A stretch of 64,000 nucleotides of DNA from an uncultured Candidatus Saccharibacteria bacterium (GCA_964566135.1 CAZMHM010000002.1:1925-65924); one strand, 5' to 3'; numbered from the stretch's first letter, positions 27,620 through 36,216 are shown. The notes: generated by a model from the sequence alone, not told the origin. Numbers and translations are program-made.

Positions 27620-28549
27620 TTACTTATCTGCCATTTCATCAATGGCATTGAGTAGCGATGCCTCGCGCTCACTTTTGCTGCGTGGTCGCTGCGAGTTTGG
27701 GTTGTTTTGCGCAGACTTTCGATATCGTTGTTGCGGAGCACGTTTTGGCGGTACCCCACCAACACGAGGTTTTGGTGTAGCTGGGCGTGGTGCCGGTGCG
27801 CGACGCGGGCGCTGGGCAGGCTGACGAACGAGTTCTTCGACTGGCTTTGATACATGCGCCACTGGCTCGGAAAGCTTTGTTGCAAATAGCATTTTACCCG
27901 CAATAGTCTGATGTGTGCGCGTAATGCGTACTTTCACTGATTTTCCAATATCATTGCGGGCACCATCAATCACAATCATGGTGCCGTCTTCCATGTATCC
28001 TACGCCCTGGTCGCGGTTGCTACCCGGTTGTACGACTTTCACATCAAAACCTTCACCAGGTAACGCTACAGGGCGCAAGGCGTGCGATAGTTCGTTAACA
28101 TTCAATACGCGCACACCTTCGATGCTTGCAACTTGGTTAAGATTAAAATCGGTCGTGAATAAATCTGCACTAATTTTTTTGGCTAGCTTTACAAGTTTGT
28201 CATCGGTAGTTTTAGCCTGCACTTTGGTACGTTCGATATGCACTGATATCTCTGGCTCGCGCTGAAGCTGTTGCACAACTTCGAGTCCAAAGCGGGCGCG
28301 TTCGCGCTTGTGAGAATCACTACCGTCTGCTAAAAATTGCAGCTCGGCGACAATAAATTCTGGCACAGCAAGCTCGTATGGTACAAAACCAGCTTTTGCG
28401 AGCTCTACTACCCTGCCGTCGATAAGTGCACAACTATCAAGAAGTGCGACCTTTTGCTTATTTTTTGATGGGATGAGTCGTGGAAACTCTTTAGTTACTA
28501 CCACGGCTCCGATTGCAACAATGGCAATCGATTGAATTATTTCTAACAT
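27620..28549 (-). CDS. PIN/TRAM-domain protein (YacL-like) with Arg/Pro-rich C-terminal tail
   Basis: N-terminal TM segment, a PIN-like region (LLDSCALIDGR...DDKLVKLAK) and a TRAM-like region (GVGYMEDGTMIVIDGA...VKVRITRTHQTIAGKMLFA). It lies immediately upstream of radA, as in many Gram-positives. Confidence 0.78.
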   Translation of the reverse strand: MLEIIQSIAIVAIGAVVVTKEFPRLIPSKNKQKVALLDSCALIDGRVVELAKAGFVPYELAVPEFIVAELQFLADGSDSHKRERARFGLEVVQQLQREPEISVHIERTKVQAKTTDDKLVKLAKKISADLFTTDFNLNQVASIEGVRVLNVNELSHALRPVALPGEGFDVKVVQPGSNRDQGVGYMEDGTMIVIDGARNDIGKSVKVRITRTHQTIAGKMLFATKLSEPVAHVSKPVEELVRQPAQRPRRAPAPRPATPKPRVGGVPPKRAPQQRYRKSAQNNPNSQRPRSKSEREASLLNAIDEMADK

Positions 28550-28558
28550 ATATGTCCT

Positions 28559-29917
28559 TTATGAGTCTTTAGATAAAAAAGTATTGAGCGCGCTACGTAC
28601 ATCGCGCATCTGATGCAACCACGTCGGTGGCTTAGAACCATTAATTTTTGGCCCGATTGCATCGGTAAATCCGAGTTTTTTGGCTTCGGCAAGGCGCTTA
28701 TCCGCCCATGGCACATGGCGGATTTCACCGCTTAAACCTACTTCGCCAAACACAACTGCATCTGTTTTAAGCTGCATTCCTTTTGCAGCCGAGGCGATTG
28801 CCATACAAATGGCTAAGTCGGCGGCAGGCTCGGTTATTTTCATACCACCAACTATATTAATATAAATGTCTTTGTCGGCTAGTTTTAGTTTTGTGCGGCG
28901 CTCGAGCATGGCAACTAATAAATTTAGCCTGTTTAAATCAATACCTGCTGCTGCACGCTTTGGGTAGCCGTAGCTCGTCGTGTTAACGAGTGCCTGCACT
29001 TCTACCAAAATCGGACGAGTTCCCTCTAGTGTCGCCAGCACAATTGAGCCATCACTAAGCTGCCGCTCCGCCAAAAGTGCCGCTGATGGATTGTCAACAA
29101 CCTTAAGGCCTGTGTCGACCATTTCCAGTATAGCTGCTTCGTTCGTAGACCCGAACCTGTTCTTGATACCACGTAGCACTCTAAAGCCACCGTAGCGATC
29201 CCCCTCGAGCTGCAATACCACATCAACTGCGTGCTCAAGTACTTTTGGCCCGGCAATGCTCCCTTCTTTTGTGACATGGCCGACTAAAATAAGTGCTGTT
29301 TTTGCCTGTTTAGCTGCGACGGTTAATAGTTGCGTGCTGTTGGTAACTTGGCTAACGCTACCTGGTACACCGGTAATCTCGGCTGCAGCTATCGTTTGAA
29401 TTGAGTCTACGATTACCAAGTCGTAGGCATCACTTGCGATGGTTGCAGCAATATCATTAGCACTCGTGCTACTTGCAAGCTGCAAATTCTCGTGCTCTGC
29501 CTTTAAACGCTGGCCGCGCAGGCTAACTTGTTCTGGCGACTCTTCGCCACTGACATATAATACGTTTACTTTTTTTGCCGCATTATAGGCTAGTTGCAGT
29601 AACAGGGTACTTTTCCCAATACCAGGTTGCCCAGCTATTAATACAACGCTACCCGGTACAACACCGCCGCCCAATACCTCGTCGATATCAGGAATGCCGA
29701 GGCTTAGCCGACCCGTAGGCTTGGCGGCTTTCTTATCGAGGGTAACGGGCTTTAAAACATTACCACTTGCTAGTGCTTGTTCTGTTTTGGTGCCACCTCG
29801 AACGTCAATTTGCTGTTCGAGCGTGTTCCATGCACCACAAATACTACATTTACCTGCCCAACTCGTATGATTTGCGCCGCAGGCACTACAAACATACGCT
29901 ACTTTCGCTTTCGCCAT
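28559..29917 (-). CDS. radA: DNA repair protein RadA/Sms
   Basis: Zinc finger CSACGANHTSWAGKCSICGAWNT, Walker A GQPGIGKST, KNRFG and a C-terminal Lon-like domain. Confidence 0.95.
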   Translation of the reverse strand: MAKAKVAYVCSACGANHTSWAGKCSICGAWNTLEQQIDVRGGTKTEQALASGNVLKPVTLDKKAAKPTGRLSLGIPDIDEVLGGGVVPGSVVLIAGQPGIGKSTLLLQLAYNAAKKVNVLYVSGEESPEQVSLRGQRLKAEHENLQLASSTSANDIAATIASDAYDLVIVDSIQTIAAAEITGVPGSVSQVTNSTQLLTVAAKQAKTALILVGHVTKEGSIAGPKVLEHAVDVVLQLEGDRYGGFRVLRGIKNRFGSTNEAAILEMVDTGLKVVDNPSAALLAERQLSDGSIVLATLEGTRPILVEVQALVNTTSYGYPKRAAAGIDLNRLNLLVAMLERRTKLKLADKDIYINIVGGMKITEPAADLAICMAIASAAKGMQLKTDAVVFGEVGLSGEIRHVPWADKRLAEAKKLGFTDAIGPKINGSKPPTWLHQMRDVRSALNTFLSKDS

Positions 29918-29934
29918 TACTTTAGTTTAACAGA

Positions 29935-30450
29935 TTACTGACTGCTAACGAGTACTGAGTTATTTGTGCTAAATATTGCTTGGGTCTTATGGATAAAACG
30001 TGTGACCCTCGCTTCGGGTGAAATGTCCTCGCGCAATTGGCTTTTGGAACGCAGGGCGGCTTCTGTCAAACCTCGCACATGGAGGCTACACTGCAAATCA
30101 GCGCAGCAATAATAGGCAACTGTTTTAGTTTTTTCGCGGTTTAGGGTAAACGTAATAAGCGCAGTTTGATTGCGAGGTTGCATAGTGAAACAAAAATCAC
30201 AGATTATAGGTTTTGATGCACCACTCAAACCAGGTTTAATCTTTTTTAGCTCATACATAACCGCCTGGAGCTGTCCTGTAGCCTCGAACATAAGCACACC
30301 TTTAACCTCGGCTTTGTCGCATAGCGGCGCAAGATCAATTTCAGGCCAGTACTCTTTAAACTGTGATGGTACTCGGTATTCCTTTAGCTTTTTCTTATTA
30401 AAGCCACTAGTGGCAAGACTAGAGGCTAGTGATTCGAGACTGGTTAGCAT
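29935..30450 (-). CDS. FBP (FusB/FusC-type EF-G-binding protein) domain protein
   Basis: 171 aa. CDFC...CCADLQCSLHVRG resembles the C-terminal treble-clef zinc finger of FBP-family proteins. This call is from memory of the motif only. Confidence 0.55.
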   Translation of the reverse strand: MLTSLESLASSLATSGFNKKKLKEYRVPSQFKEYWPEIDLAPLCDKAEVKGVLMFEATGQLQAVMYELKKIKPGLSGASKPIICDFCFTMQPRNQTALITFTLNREKTKTVAYYCCADLQCSLHVRGLTEAALRSKSQLREDISPEARVTRFIHKTQAIFSTNNSVLVSSQ

Positions 30451-30469
30451 TTAGGCATTCTAACACGTC

Positions 30470-30571
30470 CTAGTGGACAGGGGTTTGGATTGTTGTCATG
30501 TAAATCACATAGCATACACCGACAACAAGTAGTCCAGCCAAAATAATCGTGCGTTTCCACTCTTGATTCAT
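30470..30571 (-). CDS. 33-aa single-TM mini-protein (MNQEWKRTIILAGLLVVGVCYVIYMTTIQTPVH)
   Basis: Hand-translated; it is below the track's size cut-off. Its ATG overlaps the sortase TGA as TGATG. One clear hydrophobic helix. Confidence 0.35.
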   Translation of the reverse strand: MNQEWKRTIILAGLLVVGVCYVIYMTTIQTPVH

Positions 30572-31173
30572 CATTTTTGCCCTTCTGGGAGTGCCGTAAT
30601 CACAAGTCGCTCAACAGGGTTCCATATTGGCGTACAGGTGTACAGTGTCAGTTGTGCGTTTGCCGTTGGCGCCTCTACACTAACCTCTGTTGCCTTGACA
30701 ACTTTTGCTGACTTAACGGTGTATACAAACGTCTTGCCATTCCACTGCAGGTATATTTTTTCACCAACTTTCAATTTATCGAGATGATAAAAAGGCTGCA
30801 CAACTCCATGGTTATACGAAAACCTATGGCCAACAACTACCATATTGCCTATAGCATCAGGCGTTGCGGTTGCTGGCCGATGCCACAAGCCTTTGTCGAC
30901 GGTATTTTTATCGGTTCCTTCTATGATTGGCGCAAGTGCCCCGATGCTCGGAATATACAATTGATTTTCAGATGTAGCCTGGCTGGGAGTGCCAGATGTC
31001 GTATTGCTTGATGTTGTCTGGGCACCGCTTTGTACGGCATAGGCAGGTGCAGCAACCGATTGCGGGCCATTAAAGATATAGTCTAACTGTGGCAAGAACG
31101 GTGCTAGCAAAATATAGATTGCTAGCACCACCACGAATACTGATAGACAGTTATTAATGTCCCTGTGTGTCAT
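30571..31173 (-). CDS. Sortase family transpeptidase
   Basis: N-terminal TM anchor, catalytic His (VVVGHRFSY), TLYTCTP (TLxTC Cys motif) and a downstream Arg (VERLVITA). Confidence 0.87.
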   Translation of the reverse strand: MTHRDINNCLSVFVVVLAIYILLAPFLPQLDYIFNGPQSVAAPAYAVQSGAQTTSSNTTSGTPSQATSENQLYIPSIGALAPIIEGTDKNTVDKGLWHRPATATPDAIGNMVVVGHRFSYNHGVVQPFYHLDKLKVGEKIYLQWNGKTFVYTVKSAKVVKATEVSVEAPTANAQLTLYTCTPIWNPVERLVITALPEGQK

Positions 31174-31191
31174 TTGACCTTAGTATATAAC

Positions 31192-34100
31192 TTATTTCTT
31201 TACAGTACGCGTACGAGTTGCGATAAACACACCGCCAAGCATGATTGCTGTGATAAACCAGCTTGCTGAAATCGCGCTACCAGAACCAGTGTTAACAAGT
31301 TCGGCTGGTTTTTCGACATTGAGTGTATGCGTATCGGTTGCACATACCTTTATGGCATCGTTCTTTGGCACGTTAATTGCATCAGTATTAATCTTTAAGA
31401 TACTGATTTCAGGGTTTGATTCCTCGAGCTGAGGCTCAAAACCGCAAGACGTTACGGTATTAGTTATCTGCTTGCCTTCGCTACCTGATGGAACAGTGTA
31501 TTTAGCAGTGTATATCCATGTTTCAGTAACATCTAACTTGTTGTCGCTGTTGGTATCACCAGACTGATACACGCCATTACCGGCAATATTATCTGATACA
31601 GCAATGCCTTCAAGTGGCTCGTCGCCAGCATTTGTAACGGTAAACGTATAGGTAACTACATCGCCAACCTTTGCAGTTGTTGGACCTGCTTTAACAACCT
31701 TAATTGCGGGATGAAGCACGTCTAATGTGTGCGTATCGGTTGCGCAAACTTGCGTACCTTCTTCTTCGCTGTAACCATATTCACGACCTTCGTTCCATCG
31801 ATCACCATAGTAATCACCACATGAAGTAACCGTATTTTCGACGTTAGCTACCTGTGGAGCTGGAATTGTGTACTCAACACTGCAGTAGACCCAGTCGCCG
31901 GGATATAGTGACGTAACACCATAACAATCTGCCGTACCAGCAATATCATCAACAACACTCAGATTATCGATATAGGTATCTCCAGAGTTGTATACCCAGA
32001 AGCTATAAGCAACTGTATCCCCTTCGTGAGCTACGTCAGGGCCATATTTGTAAACCTCTAGGCCAGGATTCTGGTTGTCATTATTCGTGATATAACAGGT
32101 TACATTTTCGCCGAGTGCTAGTGTTATAACGTTGCCATCTTGTTCGCCATCATTACACCACCATGTACCTGCAGCATAGCCAGTTGGACCCTGCTCTGAC
32201 AACGCATAGGCAACATTTGCAACAGCAGTTTCTTCGACAACGCCATCTTCGCCATTGCCACTAATAGTGTCTGCACCATCTTCGTCATCAGAAGGAGTTG
32301 CGGTTAATGTCCAATCACTTGGGCTGCTTTCGCCGCTATTGTTATTGATCACCTGCTTCTTCAGGGTAAGCGTTGGTGCGATTGCCGTATTCGTAACTGT
32401 ACAGGTCTTGTCGTCACCTAGTGATATTGTGCCTTCACAATCTTCGGAATACGTAACATTATAGCCATCATGGCTACCTTCGCTTACTTCGTACTCGCCA
32501 ACATTTAGAGTCAATTTCGTACCTGTCTCGCTACCATCAAATTCTTCATCGGATACATTAGTACCGTCGACATACATAGTAAAGTCACTAGCCTCGCCCG
32601 TTCCTCCACTTTTACCGTTTTCAACGTGCTTTATAACCGTTAATTTAGGCTGCACACCAGAATTGGTAATGGTGCAGGTAAAGCTTTGGCCAAGTGCAAT
32701 CGCAAGTGCTGAACTAATTGTTGTAGTCTGCTGAGTTACATTATTGACGCATGACCATTGGCTAGCAGTAAAGCCACTAGGGCCGCCAGTTTCACCAAAT
32801 GTATAGGTATCTGCCTTGAAGTTTGAACCGCTTGTTGCACCAGCAGTGCCGGTAGCACCCGAAAGGTTCGTTGGGTTATTTCCAGTACCGGTTGCTGTTA
32901 GCGTCCAGTTTGATGGATCAACTTTGCTTCCATAGGTTTCGCCAAGCTTTTTAACGAGCGTGAGCGCAGGAGTGTCATCATCATTCACAATCGTACAAAC
33001 AGTAGTTTTTCCATTCGTAAGAGTAATTTTGCTACTAACTACTGTCACGCCATTAGTACATGTCCAGGCACTTGCGGTATAACCACTAGGACCACCTGTT
33101 TCACTAAGTGTATAGGTATCTGCCTTGAAGTTTGAACCGCTTGTTGCACCAGCAGTGCCGGTAGCACCCGAAAGGTTCGTTGGCAAAGCAAGCGTACCCG
33201 TTGCCTTAAGCGTCCAATCAGTTGCATTCGCTGTTCCACCGTTATCCTTGATTAGGCTCTTTACTAACGTAAGCCCCGCAGCTTTGTCGTCATTTGTAAC
33301 AATACACGTTTTCGTTTCTCCAAGTGCAATCGAACCTGAGCAGTCAGCTCCTAAAGATTTGACATACTCATTATCTACAGTTTCATCAACCGTGTATGAA
33401 CCAGGATTTAATGTTACCGTTGTGCCCTGCTCGTCACCTGCAAAACTTGTGTTACTAACATTTGTTCCTGTTACCTTCATGGTAAAGTTTCCAGCAACTT
33501 TAGTGCCGCCGTTATCATTAACGACATGTTTTTTGATAATCAGCTTTGGAGTTACATCGTCATTTGTAATTGTGCAGTTTGTTGTCTGGTTGTGCGAAAC
33601 AACAACGTTGCTACATGTATTGGACGTCATCTGGTACCCACCCGTGTTAGGGTTTACCTCATCAACCGTGTATGTTCCGGTAGGCAAAACAATCGAGTTT
33701 GTACCGTTCCCGTTGAATGTGTACGTCTGGCCATTTACTACGAAACTAAAGTTTCCAGGAGTCTTAGTACCACCATGGTTATTGTGAACAACCTTATTTA
33801 CTACAAGTGTTCCCTTTGTAGCTGAGTTTACAAACTTGCATGAAACGATGTTGTTTGAGGCAATTTGGATACCTGTTACTGCGTTGCCATTCTTTGAACC
33901 ATTATTTGCAGCCCCTGTACAGCTAGCAGATAAAAGAGTGTAGCCAGCTTTTTGGGTCTCATTTACTGAGTACCCCGAAGCAGCGTCAACTTTGACAGCA
34001 GGAGTCTTGCCCTGGGCATCAGTTTGCGAGGCAGCTGGATTAGAGCCACCATTGACATCAAACTCCCAGCCCGCACCGGCAAGAGTCTGATCATTGGTAG

Positions 34101-34890
34101 TATTTGCATTACCATCAGCATCAATGTACTTAGTTGTAGTGACCGTACCGCCACAAGTTTGGCTTGCGAAAGTTGCAAGGCTGGTAGCCAATTGTGCAAA
34201 ATCGGTTGTGATTACATCAGATGTTAGAACATTGCCAGTGTTAGCACTTGGACCAGAGATAGCCTTTAGACGATCAAGTGAACCGCCCGATACCCCAATG
34301 CCCATCGCAAGCATACGAGTTCCGCCGTTCTTGATTGTATTAGCGGCAACAATCGCTGGGTCAAGATGCGCATTTGGTTGACCTGAATCAATCCCACCAA
34401 CTGTGTTGCTAGTCGTTGGATCTCCGTCAGTAGCAAAAATAACAAGGTTTGGGTTTGACGTCCCAGAGGCAAAAGTACTATTTGCCTTAATAAGGCCATC
34501 TTCCCAGTTGGTATAGCCGCCACCAGTAGAGACTGAATCAATTGCATTGTTTGCCGTCGTTACGTCGCTGGTGAAGTTTTGGAGCACTGTTGCACTTGTT
34601 GCGAAACGTGTCACAGAAAACTGCGTAGGAGTGCCGCTCAGCGCATTTGTAAATGCTTTTAGTGCACTTTTGAATGAGTTCATTTCATTAGTGCTAATAC
34701 TTGTAGAATTATCGATAACTATAGCTATATCGAGGCCACACGCTCTTGCAAGTGATGGATTCGCGACGGGAGAAGCAGCATGCGCCGTCCCCGCTAAAGT
34801 CGTCAATGGCCCAAACTGAGCGACCACAAACAGTAAACTTAATAATATCCACCGTGCCCTATTCAATGGGTTCTTTGCTCGCAGCTGCAT
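31192..34890 (-). CDS. Sortase-anchored surface protein: signal peptide, vWA domain, repeated Cna-B/SpaA-like Cys-pair domains, DUF11-like repeats, LVNTG sorting signal
   Basis: Signal peptide ...AGTAHA/AS. vWA MIDAS motif DNSTS at 34699..34713. At least 8 modules of about 90-100 aa end in C-x-(I/V)-(T/V)-N-(D/T/S). Near the C-terminus are VTYTFTVTNAGD-type repeats. The C-terminus reads ELVNTG (31285..31299) plus a hydrophobic helix plus RTRTVKK. The SD is strong (AAAGGAGGCGGTTATG). Confidence 0.87.
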   Translation of the reverse strand: MQLRAKNPLNRARWILLSLLFVVAQFGPLTTLAGTAHAASPVANPSLARACGLDIAIVIDNSTSISTNEMNSFKSALKAFTNALSGTPTQFSVTRFATSATVLQNFTSDVTTANNAIDSVSTGGGYTNWEDGLIKANSTFASGTSNPNLVIFATDGDPTTSNTVGGIDSGQPNAHLDPAIVAANTIKNGGTRMLAMGIGVSGGSLDRLKAISGPSANTGNVLTSDVITTDFAQLATSLATFASQTCGGTVTTTKYIDADGNANTTNDQTLAGAGWEFDVNGGSNPAASQTDAQGKTPAVKVDAASGYSVNETQKAGYTLLSASCTGAANNGSKNGNAVTGIQIASNNIVSCKFVNSATKGTLVVNKVVHNNHGGTKTPGNFSFVVNGQTYTFNGNGTNSIVLPTGTYTVDEVNPNTGGYQMTSNTCSNVVVSHNQTTNCTITNDDVTPKLIIKKHVVNDNGGTKVAGNFTMKVTGTNVSNTSFAGDEQGTTVTLNPGSYTVDETVDNEYVKSLGADCSGSIALGETKTCIVTNDDKAAGLTLVKSLIKDNGGTANATDWTLKATGTLALPTNLSGATGTAGATSGSNFKADTYTLSETGGPSGYTASAWTCTNGVTVVSSKITLTNGKTTVCTIVNDDDTPALTLVKKLGETYGSKVDPSNWTLTATGTGNNPTNLSGATGTAGATSGSNFKADTYTFGETGGPSGFTASQWSCVNNVTQQTTTISSALAIALGQSFTCTITNSGVQPKLTVIKHVENGKSGGTGEASDFTMYVDGTNVSDEEFDGSETGTKLTLNVGEYEVSEGSHDGYNVTYSEDCEGTISLGDDKTCTVTNTAIAPTLTLKKQVINNNSGESSPSDWTLTATPSDDEDGADTISGNGEDGVVEETAVANVAYALSEQGPTGYAAGTWWCNDGEQDGNVITLALGENVTCYITNNDNQNPGLEVYKYGPDVAHEGDTVAYSFWVYNSGDTYIDNLSVVDDIAGTADCYGVTSLYPGDWVYCSVEYTIPAPQVANVENTVTSCGDYYGDRWNEGREYGYSEEEGTQVCATDTHTLDVLHPAIKVVKAGPTTAKVGDVVTYTFTVTNAGDEPLEGIAVSDNIAGNGVYQSGDTNSDNKLDVTETWIYTAKYTVPSGSEGKQITNTVTSCGFEPQLEESNPEISILKINTDAINVPKNDAIKVCATDTHTLNVEKPAELVNTGSGSAISASWFITAIMLGGVFIATRTRTVKK
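32801..32874 (-). repeat. 74-nt perfect intragenic direct repeat, copy 1
   Basis: gtataggtatctgccttgaagtttgaaccgcttgttgcaccagcagtgccggtagcacccgaaaggttcgttgg is identical to 33110..33183. The offset is 309 nt, which is 103 codons and therefore in frame. Confidence 0.95.
33110..33183 (-). repeat. 74-nt perfect intragenic direct repeat, copy 2
   Basis: Identical to 32801..32874. Both copies encode PTNLSGATGTAGATSGSNFKADTYT. Confidence 0.95.
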
Positions 34891-35066
34891 AACCGCCTCC
34901 TTTAAATTGCAAAAAGACAGCCAGCCTATTTTGTCCCTTTTTTTGGGAAGCTAGGCTAGTTGTGTTTTCTATTATTCAAACTCCGCAGAGGAGGTTTCGC
35001 CACTTGCTCCGATTACGCTTGGCGACCAAGATACCGCGTAACCATCAATGCACTCTGTTAAAAATT

Positions 35067-35094
35067 ACTATACTCGCATACATGACATTTGCAA
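35067..35094 (-). promoter_or_regulatory. Putative promoter of the vWA surface-protein gene (TTGCAA-N16-TATAGT)
   Basis: On the minus strand, -35 is at 35094..35089 and -10 at 35072..35067. This predicts a 5' UTR of about 170 nt. Confidence 0.45.
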
Positions 35095-35217
35095 ATACAT
35101 TTTTTTATTTTATAGCTATACCGCTTATGTTAAAGAAAATACTGCATTTTATATACACGAGGTGGCCTGTCATCAACAATGACATCTCAAAATTTAGTAT
35201 TGATACTACGTTCCGGA

Positions 35218-35676
35218 TTACGATAAATACTTCGTGAATCTCTGATTCTTTTTGCCAGATTCGACAATTTCACGCAACATATTTAGTTCGTCACTATCAA
35301 GTTTTGTAAGCCCTTGGGCTAGAAAGTCAATAATGAGATTATCGTTTGGGTCTGCTAACTCTAGTGCCCGCAAGAACACTTTGTTGTAACCTTCTTTGTA
35401 CACTTGGCTTAATAAGGTGGCGAGCTCAATATAATCGTCATTTGGTAATTCTGGCCCTAGGTGGGAAGCAATTATATCTGCAACCTGCTTATCGCCAATA
35501 CAATACATCTGAATATCAAGGTAATGCTCTACTGTCGAATTAACACTATGCACGGCAGCAAGAACTGTGCTAAATCTAGTGTCCATTTCAGAAACCAAAG
35601 CCGAATTCTCTTTTAACCAAGTTTGATGCTGATTAGAGATAGCCTGTTTCTCTGCCTTTGAAAATATCGACTGCAC
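35218..35676 (-). CDS. Hypothetical 152-aa cytoplasmic protein (candidate orphan immunity protein)
   Basis: ORF track entry. Third small gene downstream of the RHS toxin. No signal peptide, acidic and helical. Confidence 0.5.
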   Translation of the reverse strand: MQSIFSKAEKQAISNQHQTWLKENSALVSEMDTRFSTVLAAVHSVNSTVEHYLDIQMYCIGDKQVADIIASHLGPELPNDDYIELATLLSQVYKEGYNKVFLRALELADPNDNLIIDFLAQGLTKLDSDELNMLREIVESGKKNQRFTKYLS

Positions 35677-35700
35677 TTGCGTCTTTCTGGTGGTTATCCT

Positions 35701-36216
35701 TTAGCGAGTCTTGTAGGCAAAAATACTATTGATATCTTTGATTACGTCATTAGCCCGATCTTCAACTTGCGATATTTCCCAACCCTTATTTTTATACGTG
35801 TTTGCAATATCCGCTCTGAGTATATCGCAAGCTTTTTCGTAATTGCCGAAAATCTCGCTTACATAGTGAGAAATCTGTCGTTGATACTCACGGGAAAGAT
35901 TTGCTTGCGCCTGAGCGTAATTGTTGTTTTGAGGGTCATCAAGTGTCTCATAGAACATAGGGTTATTTGCCCACTCGGGGAACGAAGTAATGTCACCTGA
36001 TGCTTCGTGGTGCGACGTAACCCAGTCTTCTGGCACCCAATCATCAATAACTTGCAAATCGGACGCATTAATAGGATACGGATACGTGTCATCAGGACCA
36101 CGCATCACCGCTAGAACCTCTCCGCCCTTCTCATTGGCAATAATTGCCGTAACCAAGTAAAAATGGTTACTTTCTATCGGATATTCCTGCGTTTCATTAG
36201 CCAAGGCTACAATCAT
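35701..36216 (-). CDS. Hypothetical 171-aa cytoplasmic protein (candidate immunity protein)
   Basis: ORF track entry. Second small gene downstream of the RHS toxin. No signal peptide, acidic, Trp/Asp-rich. Confidence 0.5.
   Translation of the reverse strand: MIVALANETQEYPIESNHFYLVTAIIANEKGGEVLAVMRGPDDTYPYPINASDLQVIDDWVPEDWVTSHHEASGDITSFPEWANNPMFYETLDDPQNNNYAQAQANLSREYQRQISHYVSEIFGNYEKACDILRADIANTYKNKGWEISQVEDRANDVIKDINSIFAYKTR

Noticed and set aside
27603-27824. 73-aa Arg/Gly-rich plus-strand ORF
   Set aside because: It is antisense to the GC-rich tail-coding part of the YacL-like gene and starts inside the bidirectional terminator region.
33125-33825. 220-aa and 99-aa plus-strand ORFs inside the vWA surface-protein gene
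   Set aside because: They are antisense to a 1232-aa ORF with clear domain structure. The repetitive Thr/Gly/Asn codons of the sense strand keep the antisense frame open.
31192-34890. Possible CRISPR-like or non-coding tandem repeat array, because of periodic repeats
   Set aside because: The repeats have a period of about 300 nt, are in frame, and are diverged except for one 74-nt patch. They encode protein domains and there is no short repeat/spacer structure.
34962-35237. 91-aa plus-strand ORF in the AT-rich intergenic region upstream of the vWA gene
   Set aside because: It has no SD, junk-like composition and overlaps the end of the 152-aa minus-strand gene. The region is better explained as the promoter and 5' UTR of the adhesin gene.
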